From contig CAWEYL010000002.1 of assembly GCA_963813335.1 (NCBI GenBank), positions 1-64,000 of the forward strand: 64,000 nt of DNA, read 5' to 3'. Positions within the stretch are counted from its first letter, which is position 1; each line of letters starts with the position of its first letter. The position numbers and the translations under genes are program-made. Shown here piece after piece: positions 8,566 to 18,108 of this stretch. The DNA comes from an uncultured Chloroflexia bacterium. GTDB taxonomy: Bacteria > Chloroflexota > Limnocylindria > Limnocylindrales > CSP1-4. The notes below the pieces were generated by a model. The model worked only from the letters and a program-made list of their open reading frames with translations. It had not been told where the DNA came from and made no database searches.

Positions 8566-9343
8566 GGTTCGAGGCCAGCCCATCGATCCAGGCAGGGCGA
8601 TGGCGACCCGCGGCCCAGGCGACCAGCGGGATGAGCATCAGCGGCAGGGTCGGCAGGTTGTAGAGCACCGAGACGTCCGAGTTCGTCACGACCTTGAGCC
8701 AGTCGAACCAGACGGGCAGGAACGGCAGCGACGCGACCGCGAGGATCCCGAGCGCGACCCACCAGCTGCGGTGGCGGATGCCGAGGAACGCGATCGGGGC
8801 GAAGGTCGGCTTCGCGAACACGAAGACGAAGGGCCAGGCCAGGACCGTCCCGGCGCCGATGGCCGCGACGACCCACATCGACGGGTTCCCGAACACGTAG
8901 ACGTTGAGCGATCGGTCGAAGGCGAACAGCAGCGCGATGACGGCCCACGCCCACAGCGGGGGGCGGTGCCACCACAGCGCCCAGGCCGTGATGGCGACGG
9001 GGACGGCCCACCACAGGACCGCCGGAAGCCAGATGAACGGGATGAACAGGAGGAACGCCGTCGGTGGGTAGAGGATCGCCCCGTTGCCGATCACGTACGG
9101 CCCGGTCAACTGCCACGGCAGGTACGGCGTCCCGGTGTCGAGCAGCCGCTGCGCCGCGGCCACATGCCAGCGATAGTCGAGCCCGACCGAGGGGTTCGTC
9201 CGCGAGGTCCAGATGACGGCACCGATCCAGACGACCGTGAGGCCGAGGATCGTGAGTGCGACGATCCGGCCCACCCGCTGGGCGGGCGAGCGGGGCGAAG
9301 CGTCGCCGACGACGGGTGGACCCGCCAGGTCAGTCGGCGACAC
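8519..9343 (-). CDS. GT87-like (GT-C) glycosyltransferase
   Basis: LDYRWH...ILYPP, GNPSMW and AKP; multi-TM. Confidence 0.75.
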   Translation of the reverse strand: MSPTDLAGPPVVGDASPRSPAQRVGRIVALTILGLTVVWIGAVIWTSRTNPSVGLDYRWHVAAAQRLLDTGTPYLPWQLTGPYVIGNGAILYPPTAFLLFIPFIWLPAVLWWAVPVAITAWALWWHRPPLWAWAVIALLFAFDRSLNVYVFGNPSMWVVAAIGAGTVLAWPFVFVFAKPTFAPIAFLGIRHRSWWVALGILAVASLPFLPVWFDWLKVVTNSDVSVLYNLPTLPLMLIPLVAWAAGRHRPAWIDGLASNLRPDRAPAVAPAQEA

Positions 9344-10077
9344 CCCGACGCCTTCGATGCGCGATCGACGCGACGCGCCCGCGAAGCGCGACGGTGTACC
9401 AGTGCAGGTAGTGCGGGAGCCACTTGCGCAGCTTGAAGTTGCTCTGGCCGGCGGTCCGGTCGCGCCATGTCGTCGGGACCTCGGCGACCTTGCGCCGATC
9501 GAGCGTCGCCTTCACGGTCAGCTCGAGCGCCAGCTCGAAGCCCGCGGTGCTCTCGATCGTGACCGCGTCGAGGAATCGGCGCGAGTAGAGCTTGAAGTTG
9601 TTGGTCGGGTCGTGCGTCGGGACGCCCCCGAACCAGTGCAGCGTCAGCCCGGCCGTCCGGCTCAGCAGCCGCTTCAGCGGCGGCCCGCCGACCTGCTGTC
9701 CGCCGGCCATGTAGCGCGAGGCCGAGACGACGTCCGCGCCCGGAACGGGCGAGCGCCAGCATGGGCGCGACATCGGCTGGGTCGTCCGACCCGTCCGACA
9801 TCGAGATGAGGATGTAGGGGCCGCGTGCCGCCGCGATCCCCGCCTTCATGGCGTTGAGGACGCCGCGTCCCAGGTCGTTGCGCAGGCCGCGGATCGTCGG
9901 GAGCTCGTCGGCCAGCCGCTCGATGACCGGGACCGTCGGGTCCTCGTCGAAGTCGTAGACGACCAGGATCTCGTGCGACGCGCCGATCGCGGCGGTCAGG
10001 CCGCGGAGCACCGGCTCGACGGCCTCGCCCTCCTTGAAGACGGGCATGACCACCGAGAGCTCGGGAGCGACGCTCAC
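9330..10077 (-). CDS. GT2 polyprenol-phosphate-sugar synthase, DPM1-like (frameshift ~9745)
   Basis: SVVMPVFKE, VVYDFDEDPT and MSDGSDDP, then ADVVSASRY...DPTNNFKLY in the adjacent frame. Confidence 0.8.
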
Positions 10078-11096
10078 AGGCGGCCGGCCTCGAGCTCGGT
10101 ACGGATCCACGGCACGACCTCGTCGAGCATGGCGTCGAGCGTGGTCGTCGCCTCGAAGCCGAGGACCTCGCGGGCCTTGCGGACATCGGGTACGCGGAGC
10201 TGCACGTCGTGCTCGAAGGGCGGGTCGGACACGTAGGCGAACGGCCGGCCGTCGGTGTGGATCCGGCGCCAGATCGCCTCGGCCAGCGCGAGCACCGTCG
10301 TCGACGCCGCGGTCGAGAGGTTGAAGTCCTCGCCGAGTGCCGCCGGCGACTCCATCGCGAGCCGGATCCCGTGGGCGAGGTCGCCGCCGTACGTGTAGTG
10401 GCGGACCTGCGACCCGTCGCCGAGGATGTGCAGCGGGTCCTGGCCCTTGAGCACCTTGAGCACCAGGTCCGGCACGACATGCGACAGCGCGAGCTTGACG
10501 TTGCCGGACATGACGTCGGTGTCGCGCAGCGCCCGGCGCTCGCCGATCCCCACGCAGTTGAACGGCCGGACGATCGTGTACGGAAGCCGGTACTGCTCCC
10601 AGGCGCCCTTCGCGAAGTACTCCGAGGCGAGCTTCTGGAAGCCGTACGTGGAGACGGGCGGCGGCGAGGTCTCCTCCGCGCCCTCCGGCGTCGGGAACAC
10701 GGTCGCGGACTCGTAGACCATCGAGGAGGAGACCACGACGATCCGCTCGAGATGGCCGTCCCGATGCGCCGCGATGGCCGCGTCGAAGGTGGCGGCCAGG
10801 ATCCGCTCGTTCTCGGCCAGCAGGTCGTAGGCGAACTCGTGGAAGTAGCTGATCCCGCCGATCATCGCGGCGGCCGCCACGACCTGGTCGCAGTCGGCGG
10901 CGAGCTCGCGCATCAGCGCCGCGTCCTTCGCGTCGCCCTCGACGAAGCGGTAGCGCGGGTGGTCGTCGTACGACTTGGCCAGCCGGCCGTACTTGCTGAA
11001 GTCGTCGAGGCCGATGACCTCGTGGCCGGCCTCCAGCAGCTCGGGCACGAGATAGCCGTTGATGAACCCGGCGGCGCCGGTGACGAGGATGCGCAC
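10074..11096 (-). CDS. NAD-dependent nucleotide-sugar epimerase/dehydratase
   Basis: ILVTGAAGFI, SSSMVY and YGFQK (YxxxK). Confidence 0.9.
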   Translation of the reverse strand: MRILVTGAAGFINGYLVPELLEAGHEVIGLDDFSKYGRLAKSYDDHPRYRFVEGDAKDAALMRELAADCDQVVAAAAMIGGISYFHEFAYDLLAENERILAATFDAAIAAHRDGHLERIVVVSSSMVYESATVFPTPEGAEETSPPPVSTYGFQKLASEYFAKGAWEQYRLPYTIVRPFNCVGIGERRALRDTDVMSGNVKLALSHVVPDLVLKVLKGQDPLHILGDGSQVRHYTYGGDLAHGIRLAMESPAALGEDFNLSTAASTTVLALAEAIWRRIHTDGRPFAYVSDPPFEHDVQLRVPDVRKAREVLGFEATTTLDAMLDEVVPWIRTELEAGRL

Positions 11097-12301
11097 TACA
11101 GGCGGATCCCCTCGCCCATGGCGCCCCAGACGTCGACGACGTCCTTGCCTCCGACGGCGAGGCTGCGGTACGCCTTGTGGGGCGCACCGAGGATCAGGAC
11201 ATCGCTCTCCTTGAGGACGCGATCGAGCGTCACGAGGCGGTCGTCCTGGACATACGGGTCCGTGGCGAGGACGCGGGCACCCGACCACGAGAGGAGCTTG
11301 CGCAGCTTGTAGCTGAGCGACGCACGGGTGTCGTCCGACTCGCTCTTGAAGGCCATCCCGAGGATCCCGACGGTCTTGCCGTGGAGGCCGCCGTAGCGAC
11401 GGTCGAGCGCCGAGACGATGTAGGCGGGCAGGCCCTCGTTGACCTGCATGGCGGCCTGGCCGAGCGGGAAGTGGTCGGCGGTGAACGCCGCCAGCTGCAT
11501 CGTGTCCTTGAACAGGCACGGACCGGCGGCGAAGCCCGGGCCGGGCAGGTCGGCAGCCCGCGGGTAGTCCTCGCGGATGGCGTGCAGGACATTGGTGTAG
11601 TCGATGCCGGCCTGGTCCGCGATCATGAGGAACTGGTTGGCCACCGCGAACTTCATGTACCGCCAGGTGTTGGTGAAGAGCTTGGCCAGCTCCGCCTCCT
11701 TGGTCGACGTGCGGATCGTCTTGGCGGCCAGCCGGCCGAAGAGCGCCGTCGCCCGGGTCGCGGCCGCGTTCGAGTCCGCCCCGACGATCTGGGGCAGCGA
11801 GCTGAGCTCCTCGAGCGCGTGGCCCTCGGCGATCCGCTCCGGGCAGAACGCGACGTCGACCTTGCAGCCGCGATCGGCCAGGTTCTGGGTCACGTAGCCG
11901 GTCGTGCCCGGGTAGACGGTGCTGCGCAGCACGACCAGCGCCCCCTCGCGCAGGTGCGGCGCGATCTGGTCGACCGCCTTCTCGAAGATCGTCATCGACG
12001 GTCCGAGGAACTCGTCGACCGGCGTGCCGATGACCACGACCAACTGCAGCGTGCGCTCGATCATCGAGCCGTCCGAGCCGAAGTGCAGGCGGCCGCTGGC
12101 GAGGACCTCGCGGAGCAGGTCGTCCGCGCCGGTCTCCATGAACGGCATCTCGCCCGCCGCGATGCGGTCGAGCGTGGCCTGGTTGGTGTCGTAGATCCCC
12201 ACGGTCAGGCCGACGTTCGCGAGCGCAAGGCTCAGCGGCAAACCGACGTGGCCGCCGCCACCGAGCACGACGACATCGAGGTCGGCGGGTCGTTCGCTCA
12301 T
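11096..12301 (-). CDS. nucleotide-sugar (UDP-glucose/UDP-HexNAc) dehydrogenase
   Basis: GGGHVGLP, LRSTVYPG, FCPER, AELAKLFTN and GPCLFKD. Confidence 0.9.
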   Translation of the reverse strand: MSERPADLDVVVLGGGGHVGLPLSLALANVGLTVGIYDTNQATLDRIAAGEMPFMETGADDLLREVLASGRLHFGSDGSMIERTLQLVVVIGTPVDEFLGPSMTIFEKAVDQIAPHLREGALVVLRSTVYPGTTGYVTQNLADRGCKVDVAFCPERIAEGHALEELSSLPQIVGADSNAAATRATALFGRLAAKTIRTSTKEAELAKLFTNTWRYMKFAVANQFLMIADQAGIDYTNVLHAIREDYPRAADLPGPGFAAGPCLFKDTMQLAAFTADHFPLGQAAMQVNEGLPAYIVSALDRRYGGLHGKTVGILGMAFKSESDDTRASLSYKLRKLLSWSGARVLATDPYVQDDRLVTLDRVLKESDVLILGAPHKAYRSLAVGGKDVVDVWGAMGEGIRL

Positions 12302-12351
12302 GCCGGCGATGCTAGCAGTCCGGTGCGGCGTGGCACCGGCACCCAAAAGTC

Positions 12352-13248
12352 CTAGACGCGGCGCTCCGAGAGGCGGCGACGTGCCTCCCAGATGACGTAG
12401 ACGAGCACCGAGAAGGCCGGGACCCACGGCACCAGGAAGGCGAACGTGAAGCCCACCGCGAGGATGGTGCTCCCCTTGGCGACAGGCAACGCCAGTGCGC
12501 CGTAGTGCGGTTGGGTCGACGGCCACAGGACGGGGACCGCGAGATAGCCGGCCCGGCTCGCACCGAGCGACGCCAGGCCGACGGCGAACCCGAGCCACAG
12601 CACCGGGTTCCCCCAGACCGATGTCGTCATCGACTGTTGGGCCAGCGTCGCGCTGACGACCGGGAGGTCGGCGATGAACGTCGACCAGGGCACGATCGGG
12701 ATGGTCGCGATCAGCAGCAGTCCGGCGCCGCCGAGCTGTCGAAACCGTCGGGTGCCGAGCATCGGCAGGACCGCGTAGATCTTCATCAGCGGCGCGATCG
12801 ATGACGCTCGTCCCGCCGCAAGGACGAGCAGGGCCATCGTCGCGACATCGAGGCTCCCGACCAGGACCCCGTCGAGGATCGGCGCCCACAGGATCCACCA
12901 CCCGGGCAGCCCCAGCGACCGGATGGCAGCCAGGGCGAGCACGGCCGACACGACCACCACCACGAGGCCGGCCGCCACCGAGGGCAGGAGCGTGAGTGGA
13001 GCCGTCACCAGCAGCGATGGCGGCGGTGCCCCGTAGTGGAGTCCGAACTCGTAGCTCGCCCTCCATGGATCCCCACCCGCGAGCCACACGCGGCTGGCGT
13101 CGGTGTACAGGCGCCCGTCGAGGCCGATGTGATGCGGGTACAGCACGTCGCGGAGCAGTCGCAGGCTGCCGGTCGCCCCGAATGCGACCAGCACCAGCAT
13201 CCGCTGGACCCGCGCTGACCGCGTTGAGGCGTCCGCCGACGAGGTCAA
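12352..13248 (-). CDS. GT87-like (GT-C) membrane protein
   Basis: LDGRLY...GGDPW...APPP and KIYA. Paralog of 17205-18089. Confidence 0.7.
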   Translation of the reverse strand: MTSSADASTRSARVQRMLVLVAFGATGSLRLLRDVLYPHHIGLDGRLYTDASRVWLAGGDPWRASYEFGLHYGAPPPSLLVTAPLTLLPSVAAGLVVVVVSAVLALAAIRSLGLPGWWILWAPILDGVLVGSLDVATMALLVLAAGRASSIAPLMKIYAVLPMLGTRRFRQLGGAGLLLIATIPIVPWSTFIADLPVVSATLAQQSMTTSVWGNPVLWLGFAVGLASLGASRAGYLAVPVLWPSTQPHYGALALPVAKGSTILAVGFTFAFLVPWVPAFSVLVYVIWEARRRLSERRV

Positions 13249-14678
13249 CGGACGGCGGCGAGCGGGGCGGTACGGAGGAGGATCGTGCCGTCGTCATCGG
13301 TATACGCCGACGTCCAGCCGGCCCCCTCGAGCCGGGCCACGAACGCGTCCTCGTCCTTCCCCGCGGCGACCACGACCGTCACCTTCCAGGCGTCGAGCTG
13401 CTCCGCCCAGCCGTCGCCGCCGGCGATGATGCGCTCGTAGTCGTCCCAGACCTCGACCGGGAAGAGCTCGATCCGCGAATCGATCGCGACCGGCGCCGCC
13501 GGCAGCTCGAAGATGAACCACGAGCCCCATGGCTGCGGGTTGAAGAGGTGGTCGCCCGGCTGGAGCATCTTGCGCAGCGCGCCGGTGATCCCCGACGGCG
13601 CGTTGCCGACCACGCCGACCGGGGCCCCGAGCCCGGCGTCGACGGGCCGCCACAGCGGCAGCACGACCAGCCCGACGGCGACGATGGCGCCGGCGACCAC
13701 CAGGTTCAGGCGCCGGATCAGCGGCGGGTCGACGCGCTCCGGCCCGGTCGCCGCGGTCACGAGCGTCCCGGCGATCGCGGTGACGGCCCCGAGCGGCCAC
13801 CAGGCCACCCCCCGGATCGCGAACGCCCCGATGAGGAAGAAGACGCCGAGCCAGGCCAGCGTGGGCCACTCGGTGGCCCGCCCGCGCCGCGCGATCAGCA
13901 CGACGACCGCCCCGGCGCTCGCGAAGAAGAGCATGCCCGGCACGGTCCGCAGCGTGGTGGCCTGCCATTCAGTGATCCGCTGGGTCACCTGCGGGTTGGT
14001 CGACAGCCCGATGGCGTACGCCCAGACGGCCGGGCCGAAGGGGGTCAGGCAGGCCGCGGCCGCGCTCACCACGCCGGCCAGCAGGGTCCGCCGCGCCCCG
14101 GGGTCGCGGTCGTGGAGGTCCTCCAGCCAGGCCAGCCCGAGGACGAGCGGCCCGAGGAAGAAGCTGCCGTGGAGGTTGGCCCAGACCGCGACGATGACCG
14201 GCACCGCCCACAGGGCGCGGGGGTGGGTCCGCCGCTCGACGACCAGCAGCAGGACGACCGCGAACAGCGCCATCCCCAGGAGCTGCGGCCGGAGCGCCAG
14301 GGCGACCGCCGAGACGAGGAACGCGGCGAGGGTCAGCAGGGCGGCGCGGCGCGCGTCCAGCCCGCGCCGTCGGCCGATGGCGAAGAGGCAGCCGAACAGG
14401 ACCCCGACCAGCGCCGCCCGCAGGATCGCCAGGCCGGTCCAGCCCGCCAGCCGGTACGCGAGCTCGAGGACGACCTGCGCCCCCCACTGCTGGTCGGTCC
14501 ACGGCGCACCGGCCGCCGTGAACGTCCACTCGTCGACACGCGGGATCGCGCCGGTCGTGAGGATCCCCTCGCCGGCGCGGAGCTGGTATGTCAGGTCGAC
14601 GGACGAGAGGTTGGCGATCAACGCGGCCAGGACCGGGAGCGCGACGGCCAGGAACGCCCAGAGTCGGTTGAGGCTCAC
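13245..14678 (-). CDS. GT-C-like multi-pass membrane protein
   Basis: DLTYQLRAG, W.DQQWG, RPQ, WANLHGSF, ITEW and IDSRIELF. Confidence 0.7.
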   Translation of the reverse strand: MSLNRLWAFLAVALPVLAALIANLSSVDLTYQLRAGEGILTTGAIPRVDEWTFTAAGAPWTDQQWGAQVVLELAYRLAGWTGLAILRAALVGVLFGCLFAIGRRRGLDARRAALLTLAAFLVSAVALALRPQLLGMALFAVVLLLVVERRTHPRALWAVPVIVAVWANLHGSFFLGPLVLGLAWLEDLHDRDPGARRTLLAGVVSAAAACLTPFGPAVWAYAIGLSTNPQVTQRITEWQATTLRTVPGMLFFASAGAVVVLIARRGRATEWPTLAWLGVFFLIGAFAIRGVAWWPLGAVTAIAGTLVTAATGPERVDPPLIRRLNLVVAGAIVAVGLVVLPLWRPVDAGLGAPVGVVGNAPSGITGALRKMLQPGDHLFNPQPWGSWFIFELPAAPVAIDSRIELFPVEVWDDYERIIAGGDGWAEQLDAWKVTVVVAAGKDEDAFVARLEGAGWTSAYTDDDGTILLRTAPLAAVR

Positions 14679-14727
14679 CGGTGGATGCTACGTGCCCCCG
14701 GTGCGCCCTTGCACCGGCACGAAGGTC

Positions 14728-15930
14728 CTAGCCGGCCGCGGCCACCTCGGACGGGCGCACCACACCGGCGCCCTCGTCGTAGATCGCCTCGACCGCGCGG
14801 ACCATCAGCTCGATGCAGAAGCGGTCGTGGACGAGGTCGTGCCCGGCCCGGCCGAGGGTGTCGGCGAGCGGGTGATCGGTGAGCAGGCGGATGATCGCCG
14901 CGGCCAGCGCCTCGGGGTCGTGCGGCGGGACGAGCAGCCCGGTCGTGCCGTCCTGGATCATCTCGGGGATCCCGCCGACGTCCGACGCCACGACCGGGCG
15001 CGACAGCGCCATCGCCTCCAGGATCGTCAGGCCCTGGGCTTCGCGGTACGACGGGAGCACCGCCACATCGAGGGCGGCGGTCACGGCCGGGACATCGTCG
15101 CGCCGCCCGGTGAACACGACGCGATGGGCGATGCGCAGCTCGCGGGCCTGCGCCTCGAGCGCATCCCGCCGGCTCCCCTCGCCGACGACGAGGAGGTACG
15201 AATCGGGCACGGCCCGCAGGACGAGCGGCCATGCGTCGAAGAGGGTGGGGTGGCCCTTCTCGGGCTCGAGCCGGGCCACGACGCCGACGATCTGCGAACC
15301 GGGCTCCATCCCGTACTCGTCCGGCAGCGTGCAGCACGGTTCCTGGTGGTCGTAGCGCTGGAGGTCGACGCCGTTATAGATCAGCTCGATCGGGATGACG
15401 TCGCGGCCCTCGTGCTGCAGCTTCCGCTCGATCGAGCGGGAGACCGCGATGAGCCGGTCCATGTGCGGGGTCAGGTCCCCGAGCAGCGCCTGGTCGTCGC
15501 CGGAGCGCACCCGGCTCGAGTGGACCGTCGACACGATGTACGGCCGCCGATGGCCGATCTCGCCGAGCGCCATGACGGCGCGGGTCCCGACCGTGTCCGC
15601 CCGGTACATGTGGGTGTGGAGGACGTCGGCACGCACCTCGGCGAGGTGGGCGGCGAGGGCCCCGACCGCGATCGCGTCGTCGGGCTCGTCGATGACCAGG
15701 ACCGGGACGCCGGCGCGCTGCAGCTTGCGGACGGCGCTCCCCGCCGACAGCGCCACGACCGAGACGTCGTAACGGGCGGGGTCGATCCGGGTCACGAGCG
15801 AGAACAGGTGCTCCTGGGCGCCGCCGTTGGTGCCGGTCGCCAGCAGCTCGACGACGCGGACGCGGCCGCCGGGGACCGACGGCCGGATGACCGGCTCGAA
15901 GCAGGGCTCGAACGGCAGCGGCGCGCCCAT
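14728..15930 (-). CDS. GT4 glycosyltransferase
   Basis: GGAQ, VARLEPEKG and EAQGLTILEAMA...SDVGG. Confidence 0.9.
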   Translation of the reverse strand: MGAPLPFEPCFEPVIRPSVPGGRVRVVELLATGTNGGAQEHLFSLVTRIDPARYDVSVVALSAGSAVRKLQRAGVPVLVIDEPDDAIAVGALAAHLAEVRADVLHTHMYRADTVGTRAVMALGEIGHRRPYIVSTVHSSRVRSGDDQALLGDLTPHMDRLIAVSRSIERKLQHEGRDVIPIELIYNGVDLQRYDHQEPCCTLPDEYGMEPGSQIVGVVARLEPEKGHPTLFDAWPLVLRAVPDSYLLVVGEGSRRDALEAQARELRIAHRVVFTGRRDDVPAVTAALDVAVLPSYREAQGLTILEAMALSRPVVASDVGGIPEMIQDGTTGLLVPPHDPEALAAAIIRLLTDHPLADTLGRAGHDLVHDRFCIELMVRAVEAIYDEGAGVVRPSEVAAAG

Positions 15931-17134
15931 CAGGCCGCCCGCCGGCGGACGAGCAGGCGCTGGACAGGCTCGTCGACGGCGCCCCACTCGTACTTGTACG
16001 GCTCGTCGCCGCGCAGGAAGTCCAGCCGCCGCTTGCCGTCCGCGATCGCGCGCTGCACGTAGGCGTGGACCATCACGACCCCGGGCGACAGCTCGCGGGC
16101 GTCGGGGTCGACGCCGGCGTTGTAGTAGAGGTAGCCGTCGCGGCGTCTCGAGATGGATCCCCGCCGCGATGCGCCGTCCGCCGACGCTGAGGAAGGTCAG
16201 GCGGACCGGGCCGTCGCGGCCGGCAAGCTCGAACAGCCGGCGGATGAAGACCCGGCTCTGGTCACCGCCGGCGGTCGGCGGGAAGAGGCCGGCGGCGCCC
16301 CAGCGGCGCTGGTGGAGGTCGATGAACGGCCTCGAGGTCGTCGAGCGGATCGGTCGAGTCGTCGAGGCGGATCTCGCCGACCGCCTCGGCCCGGCGGACC
16401 TTGCGTCGGATCTCGTGGCGCGCCTTCTTGCCCAGCGTCTCGAGATACCCGTCGAGGTCCACGCCCTCGGGCAGGGTCACGACCGGGCAGACGTCCTCGC
16501 GCTCGACGTTGAGGGTCCAGCCCTGCTGGATCTCCATCGCGCCGAAGGCCGCCGCGAGCGCATCGGCCGTCGGGTCGCCGCAGCGCAGGCGACGCAGGTC
16601 GACGACGTCCCAGGCCGCGGCCTCCGCCTCGGCCAGGTGGTCGGCCAACGCCCCGGCCACATCGACCAGGTCGTCCGGGGCGGCCAGGATCGTCGCGTAG
16701 TCGGCGTGGTACGACGCGCCGAAGAAGATCGCCGTCGCGTCGGGGGCGACGCTGGTGAGGTCGGCGTCCGTGTCGCCTCGGAGTCGCGTCCGGGTCAGCG
16801 CATCGCCCGACTCGACCTCGTGGCGGTGCATGAGCGGGACGATGGCGACCGGCGCCGCGGTGCCGTCGCTCGGCGCGTCGGCGGCGACGACCGCCACGGT
16901 CTCGTCATAGGCGTTCGCGCCGTAGCCGTCCCACCAGGCTCGCTGGAACGCCCAGCCGGAGAACGGGGTCGCCCACGGATTCCGGGCGACGAGGGCATCC
17001 CATGCCTCGGGCGTGAACGTCTCGAACGGCCGTCGCTCCGCGCGGAATCGGGGCCCGACCGACGGGACGGGCGCTCGGTCGAGGTCGTCGCCGGCCGGAC
17101 AGGCAGGCTCCGCGGCGAGGGTGGTGGGGGTCAC
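15930..17134 (-). CDS. CelD/BcsL-like GNAT acyltransferase (frameshifts ~16330 and ~16150)
   Basis: TPF...WW, ADY and C-terminal YYNAG...LSPG...LDFLRGDEPYKYEWGA read across frames. Confidence 0.75.
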
Positions 17135-17204
17135 GCTCGAACGATAGCACCGGATGCGCCGGGATGGTTGCGACCGCAACGGCGTCGCGGCCGGCGCGAG
17201 ACCG

Positions 17205-18089
17205 TCAAGCCGTGGCGACCGCCTCCGGCTCGGCCGCGGGCGGTCCGCGACGGGCGCGCCAGACGACCTCGGCCGCGACCACGACGGCACCGAGCGTCGT
17301 GGCGAACGGGACCGGCACGGCCACCACGAATGCCGCCAGCAGGGTCGTCGCGGGCATCACCAGCGACGTGTAGTACCACTGCGTGCTGGGCCACAGCACG
17401 GGCACGACCCACCAGGCGGCGCGGCGCCGGCCCATCAGGACCAGGGCGACGACCGCGATCGGGACGAGCACCGGGATCGCCAGCGCGCTCATGCCGCCAT
17501 CGGACTGCTCGGCGAGGTTCGCAGCGATCGATGGGAACTGCGCGATGTAGGCGTCCCACGGCAGGAACGGGACCGTCACGAGCAGGACGATCCCCGTCGC
17601 GATGGCGGCCTTCCACTCGCCGAGCAGCAGCGGGACCGGGACGGCGTAGATCTTGACCAGGGCCGCGACCGGGGCGAGGCCGGCGACCAGCAGCGGGATC
17701 AGCAGGACGTGCGGGTTGGCGTTGTAGAGGCCGTCGACGAGTGGCGGGAAGGCCAGCCACCACAGCGGGATCCGCAGCCGCCGGAGCGCCCATGCCGTGC
17801 CGAAGAAGCCGATCCCGACGATCGCGGCGACCGCGACCGGCTCAGGCACGAGGGCGAAGGGCAGCATCGCCAGCAGCGACGGCGGTGGGGCGGCGAAGCG
17901 GATCGCCCCGTCATAGACGGCCCACGGGTCCCCGCCATGGAGCCAGGCGAGCGTCGCGGTCCGGTAGAGCCTCGCGTCGAACCCGGGGACCGCGGCGCTC
18001 ATCACCGAGAGGCGCATCGCGCTGATGACCACGAACCAGCTCGCGACGAGGAGCTCGAGCGTCCGCGGCGGGAAGGTCAGCCGGCGCAT
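17205..18089 (-). CDS. GT87-like (GT-C) membrane protein
   Basis: FDARLY...GGDPW...AAPPP, KIYA and WPSTQ. Confidence 0.7.
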   Translation of the reverse strand: MRRLTFPPRTLELLVASWFVVISAMRLSVMSAAVPGFDARLYRTATLAWLHGGDPWAVYDGAIRFAAPPPSLLAMLPFALVPEPVAVAAIVGIGFFGTAWALRRLRIPLWWLAFPPLVDGLYNANPHVLLIPLLVAGLAPVAALVKIYAVPVPLLLGEWKAAIATGIVLLVTVPFLPWDAYIAQFPSIAANLAEQSDGGMSALAIPVLVPIAVVALVLMGRRRAAWWVVPVLWPSTQWYYTSLVMPATTLLAAFVVAVPVPFATTLGAVVVAAEVVWRARRGPPAAEPEAVATA

Positions 18090-18108
18090 CGTCCGGACAT
18101 CGTGGGCG

